A stretch of DNA of 64,000 nt from Sphyrna mokarran. Taxonomy: Eukaryota. The stretch lies in NCBI GenBank assembly GCA_024679065.1, contig JAGIQG010000013.1, positions 76,384,001 to 76,448,000 on the forward strand, written 5' to 3'. Below are positions 1 to 14,489 of the stretch, in pieces. The notes under the pieces are model-generated. The model searched no databases and was not told where the DNA came from. It saw nothing but the letters and a program-made list of their open reading frames with translations. Numbering within the stretch: position 1 is the first letter of the stretch; the number at the start of each line of letters is the position of its first letter. Both the position numbers and the translations under genes were made by a program.

Positions 1-519
1 CACGATAATAAAAGAGGTGGACTGGTTTAGGAAAGGAATTCTTGAGATTAGAGCCTCGACTGATGGAAGTAAAGAGGCTAATAATGGGGAGAAGGAAGAG
101 TGGTCTTTGCTTAAATGTCCTGACCAAAAAACATTAAAGACATAAGATATTAAAGCTGATGCAAATCGTGGAGAATATGCTAGAATCCTGCACTGGAATT
201 TGAACACATGATTTTCTGAATCATAGCTCTATCACTTGAGCCAATAAGCGAACACTCAAGCATAATGCTTCTCCATGAAATGTGGGTGTCACTAGCAAAG
301 TTAGCATTTCTGTCTATCCCTAATTTCCCTTGAATTAAGTGGCTTGCTTGGCCACTTAATATTCAACCACATTGCCATGGACCTGAAATCACATGTAGCC
401 CAGTTGGGTAAGAGCAGCAGATTTCCTTTCTTACAGAATATTTGCAAAAATATCCCAAATGGCGTTAATATGGTAATAAGTGACAGTTTTGCGGTCACCT
501 TTAATGATGACAATAATCT

Positions 520-1245
520 CTCCCCTACGTCAACAAAATAAAGGAGATTATCATTGATTTCAGAAAGCATAGAGGAGAACATACCCCTGTCTACATCAAT
601 ACGGACTAAATAGAAAGAGTGGAGAGCTGCAGGTTTTTAGGTGTTTGGACCATCAACAACCTGTCCTGGTCCCCCATGCTGACACTATAATTAAGAAAGC
701 CCACTAATGCCTCTACTTTCTCAGAAGACTAAGGAAATTTGGCATGTCAGCTGCCATTCTCGCCAACTTTTACAGATGCATCATCGAAAGCATTCTTTCT
801 GATTGTATCACATCTTTGTATGGCTTCTGCTCTGCCCAAGACAGCAAGAAATTACAAAAAGTTGTGAATGTAATCCAATCCATCACGCAAACCAGCCTCC
901 CATCTGTCGACTCTGTCTACACTTCCTGCTGCCTCGACAAAGCAGCCAGCAAGGACCCTATGCACCTTTGACATTCTTTTTTCCACTTTCTTCCATTGAG
1001 AAAAAGATACAAAAGTCTGAGGTCATGTACCAACCAACTCAAGAGCAGCTTCTTCCCAGCTACCATCAGACTTTTGAATGGACCTACTTTGCATTAAGTT
1101 GATCTTTCTCTACATCCTAGCTATGATTGTAACACTACATTCTGCACTCTCTCATTTCCTTCTCTATTAATGGTATGCTTTGTATAGTGCGCAAGAAACA
1201 ATACTTTTCACTGTAAGCTAATACAATAATAAATCAAATCAAATC
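520..1245 (+). mobile_element. Rex1/Babar-like LINE 3' fragment, inserted in a SINE
   Basis: RT C-terminus (NFYRCIIESILSDCIT...CSAQDSKKLQKVV) and (AAATC)n tail; the host SINE runs 270-500 and resumes at 1250-1360. Confidence 0.8.
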
Positions 1246-1414
1246 TATCTTTATATTTAAAATTTATTTCTAATTTCAATTCCACCATGGTGGGATTTGA
1301 ACCCATGTCGCCAAGTATTTACCTGGACTTCTGGTTACTAGTTCAGTGCCATTTCCTGCAAGTAGCATATTTTCAAAAACAATAAGTTTTTGAAAGAATG
1401 CATTATGTTAAAAC

Positions 1415-4150
1415 TTTTTTTCCATTCATGGGATATGGGCATCACTGGCTAGTCCAGTATTTATTATCGATACTTAAATGCACTGAAAAATGTGGTAGTG
1501 AGGTGCCTTCTTGAACAGTTGCAATCCATGTGGTTAGGGACGGAGTTCCAGAATTTTGATACAGTGTAGGAACAGCAATATACTTCCAAGTCAGGCTGGT
1601 GTGTAGCTGTGAAGGGAACCTCCAGTTGGTGTCCTTCCATATGTTTGTCACCTTGTCCTTCTAGATGATGGTAGCTGTGGAATTGGAAGGTATTGTCTAA
1701 GGAGCCTTGCTGCAATGCATCTTGTAGGTGGTATTGAAGGAGGCAACTAATATTTATGTTCATTAAAAGGGTTAAAGAATTTAAGGACCCAAGGACACAA
1801 ACTGCAAGCAGTTAGTTAAGTCACAGAGATTGTAAAAACAATGTGGGATACTCTACAATTTGCTATAATGACCAGATTATCTAAAAGTTAATGTAGGGAG
1901 GCAATACTATCTTCGAACCTCCCTAGCTTGGGTGAATTCAATAAGCATGGACAGGGAGAATAATTAATATCTACAACTTATGTTAAGAAAAAGTTGAAGC
2001 TATAAATCAAAAAGTTGAAGTAATAAATCAAACCAACATGTGCAAGTCTTTACACTGATTAGATATTATGATCAAATAGATGTGCACAGGCTGGTAATTG
2101 GCTAGATGTATTTGTAACTTATGCATGTTGTAAACCTAATAGATAGTTGTGAGTGGATCCAAATAACTTCTATGAAAATGTACATCTCTGATTGATGTAT
2201 GCTAATTACTTGTAAACAAACTTGTCTGTGTGATTCTGTATTCAGTGTAAAGACTTGCACATGCTGCGCCACCAGCTGGTGTACTGGAGCTCTAGCTGTA
2301 ATTTGTAATAAAAGTCAATTTTAAAATTCTGAAAGTTCGCATCTGGTTTCTTAAAGGGAACAAGTTTGTGAAGTAGGGAAAAGCTGAATGCATTTTGTAC
2401 CTGAAGAGAAAGGGTTAATGGATTTTGTACTTAGAATATGTCACAAACATAACCCTTCCTCATGGCTGACCTCCTTTAGCTTATACTGTTCCTGGCATTA
2501 ATGTAAGTTATTTGTTCGTATACTACATGCTTTAACTCTCATTTTTATTCAGACAGATAGTTTAATGTGGGTATTATTTTGTAGACTTTGCAAATCTTAC
2601 CTATTTGTGTTAGTAGTCATCGTTACGCAAATGGTAGTTTACAATATCGGCTTTTGACAGCTGCTGATGGCAGATCACAATACTGGCTTTTAACAGGAAG
2701 AGTCCTACTGGGACAGCCACAATCACATGAGTAACTTCAAAGACAGGAATGCCGGTACTGCTGCAGAAAGGGTTTGAATCATGACTGTGTCTCATGACTC
2801 AGCTGCCAGCTGGTCTATGAATTGTGATTAACTCTCAACCAAGGAAGGAAGACCCAGAGGTCTGGAAGAAATTGGAACTTTGAATCTTAATTCCTGCTGG
2901 AGCTCATAATGTATAAATGCCCAGTTGTGTTTGTATTCTACGAGAAGTTTGGTAATCCTTAACTGGAACCAGTTGTCTCCCAAAATTCTGGAATACCCAG
3001 AGTTTTGAAATAAAAACCACTGTATTTTGACCCACTAACAGTCTCAGAGGTATTATTTAACCTGGACAGCTAATTTTGCCCTGCAACGGTGCACACATCT
3101 GCCACTGTGTGCCTGTGGTGGAGAGGATGAATGTTTGTGGATGGGGTGCCATTCAAGCAGGCTACTTTGTTCTGGATAGTGTGAAGCTTCTTAGATGATT
3201 CCTAGACTCTGATTTGCTCTTATAGCCACAGTATTTATGTGCTTGGTCTAGCTCAGCATCTGATCAGTAGTAACCTCCAGCATATTGATACTGTGAGATT
3301 CAGTGATGATAATGCTTTTGGAAGGACAATGATAAGATTTTCTCTGTCTGCAGATGGTCATTGCTTGGTATTTGTATTGCAGAAATATTATTTGCTACTT
3401 GCTACTTGCCCAAGGCTGAATATTGTCCAGGTCTTATTGCATTTGGATGTGGACTGCTTTAGTATCTGAGGAGTTGAGAATGGTGCTGAATATTGGGCAA
3501 CTTTCAGTGTACATCCTGACTGCTGACTTCATGATGCAGGTCATTGATGAAGCAACTGAAGATGATTAGGCCTAGTACAACTACCTTGAGGAGTTCCTGC
3601 AGTAATGTTCTGGAACTGAGGTGATTGACTTCAACAGCCATAATCACCTTCCTTTGTGCCAGGTATGACTCCAACTAAAAGAGAGTTTTCTCCATAATTC
3701 CCATTGACTACAGTTTTGCTTGGGGTCATTAATGCAATATTCAGTCAAATGCTGCCTCGATGTCAGTGCCGGTCAATTCCACCTCACCTTTGGAGTTCAG
3801 CTCTTTTGTCCATGTTTGAACTAACACTGCAATAAGGTCTGAAGCTGAGTCTTTCTGGCGGAATCCAAACTGAGCATCAGTGAGCAGGTTATTGCTAAGT
3901 AAGTGCTACTTGATAGTGCTGTTGATGACACCCCTTCCATCACTTTACTGATGATCGAGAGTAGATTACCATGTATGTCCTGTCCCACCAACAGATGGTG
4001 ATGGTAGTACCTTATCTGTCAGGCATGATTCCATGTGTATGACAATGTCAGGCTGCTGCTTGGCCCAATATTGGCACAAGCCCCAGATGTTACTAAGAAG
4101 AACTTTGAAGTGTCGACAGGGTCTTTGTCATTTGCCATTGCCACTCCTGG
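1415..4150 (-). mobile_element. Degenerate CR1/L2-type LINE interrupted at about 1735-3085 (related pieces near 22500-22980, 38520-38830, 59535-60500)
   Basis: Recurrent shark LINE 3' sequence; continuity CATCTTGTAGGTGGTA ... CACACATCTGCCACTGTG across the insertion. Confidence 0.6.
1735..3085 (+). mobile_element. Candidate solo LTR / LTR-like insertion
   Basis: TG...CA ends (TGAAGG / CCTGCA), TATAAAT at 2912, AATAAA at 3009; interrupts a LINE. Confidence 0.4.
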
Positions 4151-5297
4151 TGCCTAAATTTCATTCAGAGGGCAGTTATGAGTCAAGCACATTGCTGTGG
4201 GTCTGAAGTCATATGTAGGTCAGACCAGCTAAGGACAAAAGATTTCTTTCCTTAAAGAGCATTAATGAAACAGATGTATTTTTACAATTAACAATGGCTT
4301 CATGGTCACTGATATGCAGTAATCTACTGAGTCCAGAAATCTATTATGCAGCAATACCAGTTGTTTGGAAGCATTTTGTGCAGACTTAAGCAACTTTTAG
4401 TATTATTTCAATACAATGCTTCAGGAGCAGAAATGTGAGTGATATATTATTTACATAAGTAAAGCAATTTTTATTACTGATTTATAATGTTTTATCACTG
4501 TCTTATGCATCAGGTAAATATTTATGTTTATTGATGAGCAGTACTAGTGGTAGTCTCCTGTTTGTTCAAAGTACGTGATTTCAAAAGTCACAATGATCAC
4601 AGTTAAACCTATGCTAAGGAAATTGATTATAGCAGAGGAAGAGGGCACCCCCCACCCACACCACAAAAACCAAAACCAAAAAAACAAACACCCCCACCAC
4701 AACCACACAACAAAACAACAAAAAAAAAACCCAAAACACCACCAAAAAACCACACACCAACCAAGCTAATGCCTTTCTAGAAGAGCAGCATACTTCATAG
4801 AATCCCTTGAGTTCAGGATGAGGCCATTTGGTCCATCAAGCCTGCACCGATTCGCTTAGTCCTATCCCCATAACCCCATGCACTTACCATGGTCAGTCCA
4901 CTTATGGGAGGAAACTGGAGCACCCAGAGGAAACCCAAGCATACATGGCAAGAACATGCAAACTCCACACGGCCAGTCACCTGAGGTTGGAATTGAACCC
5001 TGTTCCCCAGGTGAGCAACAGTGCTAACCATGATGCCACCATGCTGCCCAACTTAGTCTCACTCCCCCTACATTTTCCCATTTCGATGAATTATCCAGTT
5101 CTCTTCCAAAACTTATATGGTGATAATATGTTCTTAATGTGATCCACATTGTCCAGATGAGCTACAGCAACCAATGATATGCCATTACGATATATTAAAA
5201 CCAATTTTCAGTTTGATTTGATCTGATTAAAGCAACTTTACGAGATCCAAATTGCTTTTAAAACTCTGACATGGATTAATGTATTCAAACAAATCAT

Positions 5298-5660
5298 GGA
5301 TAGGTGATAGCTTAGTGGTATTATTGCTAGATTATTAATCCAGGAACTCAGCTAATGTTCTGGGGACTTGGGTTCAAATTTTGTCCATGGAGGTGATGGA
5401 ACTTGAATTTAATAAAAAAAAATCTGGAATTAAGAATGTACTGATGGCCATGAATCAATTGTCGATTGTCAGGAAAATCCATCTGATTCATAAATGTCCT
5501 TTAGAAAAGGAAATCTGCTGTCCTCAACTGGTCTGGCCTACATGTGACTCCAGAGCCACAGCAATGTGACTGTCACTCAACTGCCCTCCAAGGGCAACTA
5601 GCGATGGGCAATAAATACTGGCCAGCTAGCGACACCCATGTCCCATGAATTAAAAAAAAG
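5298..5660 (+). mobile_element. Another abundant tRNA-headed SINE family (also about 4160-4310, 24330-24660, 33890-34260, 37840-38105, 39140-39500)
   Basis: Recurrent core AATGTCCTTTAG..AAGGAAATCTGC...GGTCTGGCCTACATGTGACTCCAGA.CCACAGCAATGTG. Confidence 0.7.
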
Positions 5661-6735
5661 TCAACAAATCAAGCTGTGTGCTCAATTGAGCATTTCTGAA
5701 ATTAAAATAATTGAATTAAAATAATTAAAACATTGAAATCAGTTGCTATTAAAGGAATTTGATATAATAAAGATTTTACAAATAATCCACTTTAAACATC
5801 GTTGACACCGTTTGCAAAAATCAGAACTTTTCAATTCATGACAGTTACTTCTATTTGTCGATAAGTTGTCAGCGTCCAACATCAGAATGACATGCAAACA
5901 AAACGAATCAAAATGGAAAGCAAAATAAATGCACCTTGACAAATTCATCATGCTTTATAAATTGTTGTGAACTCGTGAGAAAATTTAAATTCAGATGTCT
6001 GTGCAGAATTTTCGTACCTAAAAATCTAAAATAATTAAATATCTGTCGTCAGAAATACAAGGGAAATACAAAATAGAACTAAACACTCATGAAAAGGGCA
6101 TCCTAAAAAAAAATTTAAACACGTACGGAATTGTAGTAGTCAAATCAGACATTTGTTACCCAGCAGGCTGTTAGCAACACAAGTGACAAGATTCAACAGT
6201 GAGTTAATGTGGTTTCAAACTTTGCAACCCTTGAATATGTAGTCATGATACTCTCTATCTTTCAAATTAACAGATCTGCTATTGATCCAACAGCAACACA
6301 GGCAGCACTGGAGCAAAAAAAAGGCTTTCTCCTTAAAATATAAACTCATTATAACATAATGGCAGTAGAAAAAAGGACAACACTATAAGCAAAACTAAAG
6401 TAAAATCCAGGTCCTTGGTTAGCCCCATTTTCGTCTTCCATCCGCTGGTATCCACTCTAATGCCACTGTGTATATTCAGAAGGCAAAATATGTATCTTAT
6501 TACCCTTAGGCATCTCTTCGTCACATTGATCCACAGATGCGTTCTGTCGTCAGTGTCTAGGTCTTCTTGCAACCAACCTTGGCACTGCCAGACTGCTAGT
6601 CACATTTTGGAGTGTGCAATGTCATCTGTAAAATCTAGGTCTGTCAACTGGTGGTATTTCCCATAGGTTGGAGAGTATGTAGCCCTGGTGTTTGAGCTGA
6701 TCTTGACACAGCAGCTGGAGTCACAGAATAAGCTT

Positions 6736-7068
6736 TGAAGATGTTAATATATTGTTCCAGGCGTTTTGCCATCTTGTGAAGATGCTAATATATCGCTTCT
6801 GGATTCAGCACTGTCTTGTGAAGATATTAATATTTTGCTCTGGATTCAGTACTGTCTTGTGAAGATATTAATATATCGTTCCTGGATACAGTACTGTCTC
6901 ACGAAAATATTAATATATTGCTTCTGGATTCAGTATCGTCTGTGAAGATATTAATATATCGTTTCTGGATACAGTACTGATGGGAAAGTTGCCTATGTAT
7001 CATTCCTGGATGCAGTACTGTCTTGCAAAGATACTGTTGGCCTGTCACTTCCTGGTTCGGAATCTGTC
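6736..7068. repeat. 41-42 bp tandem repeat, about 8 copies, plus an isolated related copy near 7677-7720
   Basis: Unit TCTTGTGAAGATATTAATATATCGCTTCTGGATTCAGTACTG starting at 6772, 6814, 6855, 6897, 6939, about 6980 and 7021. Confidence 0.9.
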
Positions 7069-8156
7069 CCAGAAGGGTTTACCTGGCAATTGTCCAGAAC
7101 AACTAACTTTTGTGGGCTGGGAATTGGCCCACAAAACAATTTAAATCACTAGCTTCAGATGGCTCTGTGAACCTTAAACTCATAGTTATTCTGAAAGTTA
7201 GAAGGGAAAAGCACTTCTAATTTAAGAGTAATTATTTTAAACACCTAGACTGAAACCCACTGTGAGCTGGGTTTTCCCTATCCATACAGGATTCCTTACC
7301 TCCTCCCAACCTGACCTTACCGCCCAATTTGGACCCAAATGATACTTCCCCCACGTGAAGGACAACCCCCTAAAGTTGATACCACTAAACCTCCCCACCC
7401 CCCACCCACTATGCAAATCCCCACATCCCTTGCCTTTCACAGGGACATTTAAACCCAACTGCTTTACAGTAGCTAGTGCTGTAAAAAGGGGCCATATCCT
7501 CCTTCACTTTCTCTCCTTTTGCACTTTGTCTTGGAGCTGGGGATGCAATTCACTTCTTTATTCTCACCTGGCCTGAGTCAGGAAGGGCAGGTGAGACAGG
7601 CAATTTAAGCACAAGTCAATCGGTACGGTGTAGCAATCTGCTCCTGACTGTCACTCTGATTGAAGTTGTGGGTAATCATATCGCTCCAGGATAGCGTACT
7701 GTGTTGCAAAGATGTGAATGTCTACGGGATGCTATATTGTGGTTAAGTCATTGAAGAACAATCCAAAAGATGAATTCCAAAAAAGCACTTCTAAGTTTAG
7801 AATAAAACTAAAGCAATTTGGAAAGATGGTAATTGCGGCCTGCATTTTCTTGGAGATTTAGCCAAAATGCATTCCAAAACTCTCCTCTTGATGCAGAGAT
7901 CCTATGTCTTCTCTATGTGCTGAGGGTGCCATCTACAAAGACTGTGCCTCTGCTGTCTCCACCACACACACACACACAATTCAATAAAGTTTCATGTGGA
8001 AAATACTCAGGGTGCAGCTGATGATATCCATGCAACTCTTGTTATCACCTTATACTGTAGGAAAGAAGTTTTAAAAGGCACGAATCATTTACCTCACACC
8101 TTTCATAATGGTGTTTCTCAAATTTGCTTCAGCCCAATGATCGACCTTTGAAGTAA

Positions 8157-9510
8157 TTTGATTTGATTTATTACTGCCACATGAATTAGTATACAATTGA
8201 AAGTATTGTTTCTTGCGAGCTATGCAATGCATACCATTCATAGAGAAGGAAATGAGAAAATGCAGAATGTAGTGTTATAGTCATAGCTAGGGTGTGGAGA
8301 AAGATCAACTAATGCAAGGTAAGTCCATTCAAAAGTCTGGCGGCAGCAGGGAAGAAGCTGTTCTATAGGTGGTTGGCACATGACCTCAGACTTTTATATC
8401 TTTTTCTCGATTGGAAGAGAGAATGTCTGGGATGCTTACTTATGCTGGCTGCCTTTCCATGGCAAGGAGATGTGTAAAAAGTGTTAATAAGTGAGAGGCT
8501 GGTTTGAGTGATAGACTGGGCTTTGTTCACAACCCTTTGCAGTTTCTTGCTGTCTCGGACAGAGCAGAAGCCATAAAAAGCTGTGATATAACTAGAAAGA
8601 ATACTTTCTATGGTATATCTGTAAAAATTGGCAAGAGTCATAGCGGACATGCCAAATTTCTTTAGTCTCGTGAGAAAGCAGAGGCATTTGTGTGCTTTCT
8701 TAACGATAGTGTCAGCATAGGGGGACCAGGACAGGTTGTTGGTGACCAGGACACCTAAAAACTTGAAGCTCTTGACCCTTTCACTTCAGTGGAATCGTGT
8801 AAACTGTAATCAAAATTGACAAAGCAGAGTCTTGTATTTTTACAGAATGCAATTCAATTTTAACAGATATAAATTCAGCACACAAGCTATTTTAAAATGG
8901 AAGAGAATCCCCAAGCAGGGACTGTCACAGAATGTGTTCCACTGCATCCCTCACACAATTTCTGCCTGGCTTGTCCATGGTACCGGGACGATGGTTGTCT
9001 TCTTGAAGCAGATAGGAACTCAGCTTGTTGTAAAGAGAGGTGGAAGGTGTTTGTGAATACAGGATCTGAGTGCTCGTCTGGTATCCCTTCCATGCCAGGC
9101 ACATTCTGTGGATTGACCTTCGAGAAGGCTGCTCTGACATCTGCAATGGTGATCTCAGATATAGGTTCATCTGAGGGTTCCCAAGTGGAGGATGTGCACT
9201 TGCTGATCTCTTGCTCAAAATGGACACAGAATGAATTGAGCTGATCAGGGAGTGGTGCGTAGGAGCTGGCGATTTTACTTGCTTTCATTTTGTAGCGTGT
9301 TATATCTTGCAGAACTTGCCATAGTTGGTGAGGGTCTGTGGGATTCTAGCTTGGTCTGGCACCGTCTTTTGGCATCTTTGATGGATCTCCTTAGATCACA
9401 TCTGAGTTTCCTGACTTGAATGCCTCAGACCTAGACTTCAGCAGGCTGTGGATATCCCTGTTCATCCATGGTTTTTGGTTGGGAAACATGCAAATTTGCT
9501 TGATAGAATA
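8157..9510 (-). mobile_element. Rex1/Babar-like LINE, fragmented
   Basis: ORF remnants NFYRYTIESILSSYIT and FPNQKPWMNRDIHSLLKSR; (AAATC)n tail near 8157. Confidence 0.8.
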
Positions 9511-9629
9511 GTGAAGTAGTTGATTCTGAGACCAAAGTCTTGAAACCCAATAAAAGTAACTATGATGGTTTAAGGCATGAATTAGCTGTGATGTACTGGG
9601 AAATATTACTGAAAGACAGTGGATAGGCA

Positions 9630-10596
9630 ATGGCAGGCATTTAAAGAATGAATAGATGAACTCCAGAAGTTGTTTATTCCTATTTGGCACAAGAGTGGAG
9701 AGGCCAAACCATGGCTTATGAGGAAAATTAGAGACAGTATCCATTTCAAAGAAGAAGCATACAAATTGGCAAGAAAAAGCAATAGACTTTAGGATTGAGA
9801 GAGTTTAAAATTCAGAAAGGCAGACCTAGGGATTGAGAGGAGGAATATAAAGTATGAAGATAAGCTAGCGGGGAACATAAAAACTGACAAGAAAAGTTTC
9901 TGTGGGTAAAGAGAGAAAGACTGACAAAATGAACATAGGTGCCTTACGATCAGAAATGGCTGAGGAACTAAATCTATACTTTGCTTCTGTCTTCATAAAG
10001 GAAGACATGAATAATGTACTGGAAATTCTGAGAAACAGGTTTTAGTGAGAGAATCAGTATTAGTAGAGAAATGGTTTTGAGGAAATTAATATGATTCAAG
10101 GCGGATAAATCTCCAGGTCCTGATAATCTTCATCCAGCGTACTTAAGGAACTGGCTCTAGAAATAGCTAATCCATTAGTGGTCATTTTTCAAAATTCGTT
10201 GGACTCTGGACTGGTTCCTACAGATTGAAGGGAGCTAATGTAAGCCCGCTATTCAAAAAGGGAGGTGGTACAGACCAGTAAACCTAACGTTGGTAGTAGG
10301 GAAGTTGCTAAGTCCGTTATCAAACATTTCATAGCACAGGAGTTATAAAGCCAGTTATAAAATCATTCAAAGTCAGCATGGATTTATGAAAAGGAAATCA
10401 TGCTTGAAAAATCTACTGGACTTCTTTGAGGATGTAACTACTAAAGTTTACCAGGGAAAACTGGCGCATGTGGATTATTTAGACTTTTAGAAGGCTTTAA
10501 TCAGGGTCTCGTGTAGATTGCTATGTAAAATTAAAGCAGATGGGATTATAGGTAATGTCTTGTGATGGATAGAAAGGTGGTTAGCAGACAGGAAGC
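9630..10596 (+). mobile_element. Degenerate CR1 LINE ORF2 fragment
   Basis: DNA motifs for KSPGPD, SQHGFMK.KSC..NLL.FFE and YLDF.KA regions. Confidence 0.75.
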
Positions 10597-11102
10597 TGAC
10601 TCATTGTAAATAAAACCTGTTTGGAATTGTGGGGAACTTGGAGTAGCACAGGGCATGGCCCCAAGTTGGGAGTAATGAAGTTTTTTTATTAAACCCTTTC
10701 TTTGATTTATAAGTTGGCCTAAGTTTTGTTAACATTTTCATTATCTGTGAAGAGTTCCTTCTGAAGAAACATTAAGCAACATCATCAAAACTGCTTATCT
10801 GGTGTCAGATAGCTGTTTGTAGCCGCACCATAATTGGCTGCTGTATTTCCTGCATGACAACACTTCAAAAATATTTTCTTTCCTCCAAATCATTTTGGGA
10901 TGCATTGACATCATGAAAGGTGCTATATAAAGGTAAGTCCTTTCTGAACCATTTGACAATAATCTTACAATTTACAAAATACACCCCTATTATTGCATAA
11001 TAAATAAAAAGAAAATATTGTTTATTGAAAGTTAATTTAAACTTTAATTTACTGAGGAATCTAAGTATGAACTGGATGTCAAACAATGCAACAATGTAAA
11101 GT

Positions 11103-11378
11103 TAAAGTTTATTTATTAGTCACAAGTAGGTTTACATTCACACTGTAATGAAGTTATTGTGAAAATTCCCTAGTCGCCACACTCTGGCAACTGTTCAGGT
11201 ACACTGAGGGAGAATTTACATGGCAAATAACCAGCAAATTTTTGGACAGGAAGCCAGAGCTCTCAGGGGAAATCTACACAGACACAGGGAGCACGTGCAA
11301 ACTCCACACAGGAATCGAATCTGGGCCCCTGGAGTTGTGAGGCAGCAGTGCTAACCACTGTGCTGCCATGCTACCCAA
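11103..11378 (-). mobile_element. tRNA-derived V-SINE in the putative EBPL 3' UTR
   Basis: Head GGCAGCACAGTGGTTAGCACTGCTGCCTCAC, V domain TGTGTGGAGTTTGCAC, tail ...CCTACTTGTGACTAATAAATAAACTTT. Confidence 0.85.
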
Positions 11379-11467
11379 GACATGTTTATGGAATTCAACA
11401 AATTTTTTAGACCCCAAAATTTTATAAAGATCTGACTCACTTTTGGATGAAGTGGCAACAGTATTTG

Positions 11468-12075
<608 letters not shown>

Positions 12076-14312
12076 GTTGAATAAGTTGGCATTTTTCAAA
12101 ACAAATTGATTTTTCAGAAAGTTGCTGGTGCTGTGAGACAGCAGTGCTGATCACTATGCCACCATGCTACCCATTGATTGAGACTGATGTCAGAGTAGAG
12201 TACTTATCCATTTATGTCTCTTACAGATTAATTCTTCAAGGCATTATCAGTTGGAAGATTAAGCACAGTGGCACATATCATCCAGAAATGTTGGCTCTAT
12301 CTCTCCCCGCATTTGCTGCTGAAGTTTTCCAGCATTTTTTGTTTTTGATTCAGATTCCAGCATCCATTGTAATTTGCTTTTATCTGCTGATATTTTTGTT
12401 GTTAAACTAAAGAGTCAATGTTTTTATTCCAATCTGCAGTTTATCAATCCAGATTTGTGTAATGTAATGATAGTGGGGTAATTGATATATATTTTTTCTT
12501 TTGTGTTTAAGCGGAATGTTTAAAAATCAGCTTCATACTACAGGTAGTATGTCAGGAAAAAATACAGCTCAGATTTTTGGAGATCAGGGTAATTACTCAT
12601 TTAAACCTTGCAAATATTTATGGTAAGCAAAGTTAATAGACTTTTGTTTACTTAAGTTTCTCTTGGATTTCAGATTAGAGTGATTGACAGGGTCATGTGA
12701 TCATGTGGTTTACATGCAGAGGCAAAAGCTTTTGCAGAAAGCAGTTTACTTTGCAGCTGAAACCTGGTTGAAGTTAGAATGATTTTACATTCTTCTGGAA
12801 CTCCATCTCGCACTGAAAACTTCAAAACTGTTTACACTCATTACAGCAAGTATAGTTATGGTTGCTAACTATATTTAATGCGGCATTTACATCTGTATGA
12901 AGAATGCTGCTTATTTGAACTTGAAAAAAGTGATATAAGAAATTAAAGTTGTTCCCTTTTCATTTGACTGTTAATAGTTAAGTTGCTTAATTTGTTAGAG
13001 TTACATTTACACTATTATTAAATAAAGTTTGTTTTGACTATAAAAGATCCCTAATTTATCAATGGAATTATTGCTGAAATGAAACATTCAATCCTCACAT
13101 TTATGCAAAATAGAAAAATGGTTGGGTCTACTCTAGCTCCATAATCTACCTTGGGATTCTCGTCCAGGACGCTAATAGTAACTAGAAGCGTGGCATATAG
13201 CCAAAGATAACTGCAATCAACATTCTAATCAGACAAAAGTCCCTTCATCAGACTGTAATAAATTGAGGGTAACTCGATGAAGTTTCAGAACACAAAGGCT
13301 TATTGTTAAAGCAACGAGTAATGATATACAAAAAGCATCTGTCAGAATAACTGTGTGACTACATTTCTTCTTGGCTCCAACTGCTGATCTTTCCCAACCC
13401 AGGATACACATTCTTGCATTCCACTGGCTCAGCTTCTCACCACATCAGTCCACTGGGTACAGTCTGAACACGTCGTCTTCAGGGAACTTAAAGGGGCCAC
13501 ACTACCACACAAACACTAAGTGCTCTTTCTCTCCTGATTATTGAAAGACTTCAATATCCACTCTCATAGAGTACTGTAATGCATCAGCCATTCACCAACA
13601 GACTCTTCCCAGATCCATATTCGCTCATGCTATTTGCAGTAGGGTGAGAGGTACCAATGTGGCAATTCATTGCAGGTTTTCCTTTGGGAGCATGAGGAAA
13701 TATGAAAGGGAATACAGAGAAGCATTCAGGGTTTTCCCTGTAGCTCAGCTGCTAAGTTTATTTCTCAGTGACGTATTGAGCCATACACAGCAACACAGTT
13801 CCAGGTTCAACCCTTAGACTGTGCTGAATTAGTTAGCTCAATAGAATGGTGCTGAGGGCAAATGCAAACAGTTTAGGTACTCTGATTTAACATGTTCTTA
13901 CTACCCAATGAGCTCCACGTGAAAAATGTACACATAGGTGTTTTCTCATACAGTCACTCCGTCCCCGAGTCAAACTGCTTTCATCATCTACACTCAAGAA
14001 GAACAATCAAGTGGGTAAAGAATTGGAGAAGCCAGCAGCTTCAGGACAATGGTCCAGAATAAGCCAAGACTTTCAGAGAAGGAGGAGTAAAATGAAGGGA
14101 CCAGAAGTGAAGAAAATTGATGGATAACAAGGTTAGGATAGAGAGAGGGGGATACAATGCTTTACATTGCATTTCTCCCCAGTGGAATGTTCTCTTTTGA
14201 TACTGATGCACAGTGCAGATAGAAGCAAATTAATGCTGATTTGCAGAATAATTTTATTGGCATGTTTACTGCTTGGACGTTTTTCATAATGAGCAACATT
14301 CCAATCTTCTTA

Positions 14313-14489
<177 letters not shown>

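Noticed and set aside
4646-4765. A/C-only tract giving His/Lys/Gln-rich and Trp/Phe-rich ORFs
   Set aside because: Low complexity; probably a poorly resolved (CA)n-type microsatellite
5739-5951. Possible PHF11-like exon remnant (SSDFCKRCQ)
   Set aside because: Similarity is too weak and there is no intact acceptor; it cannot be supported without a search
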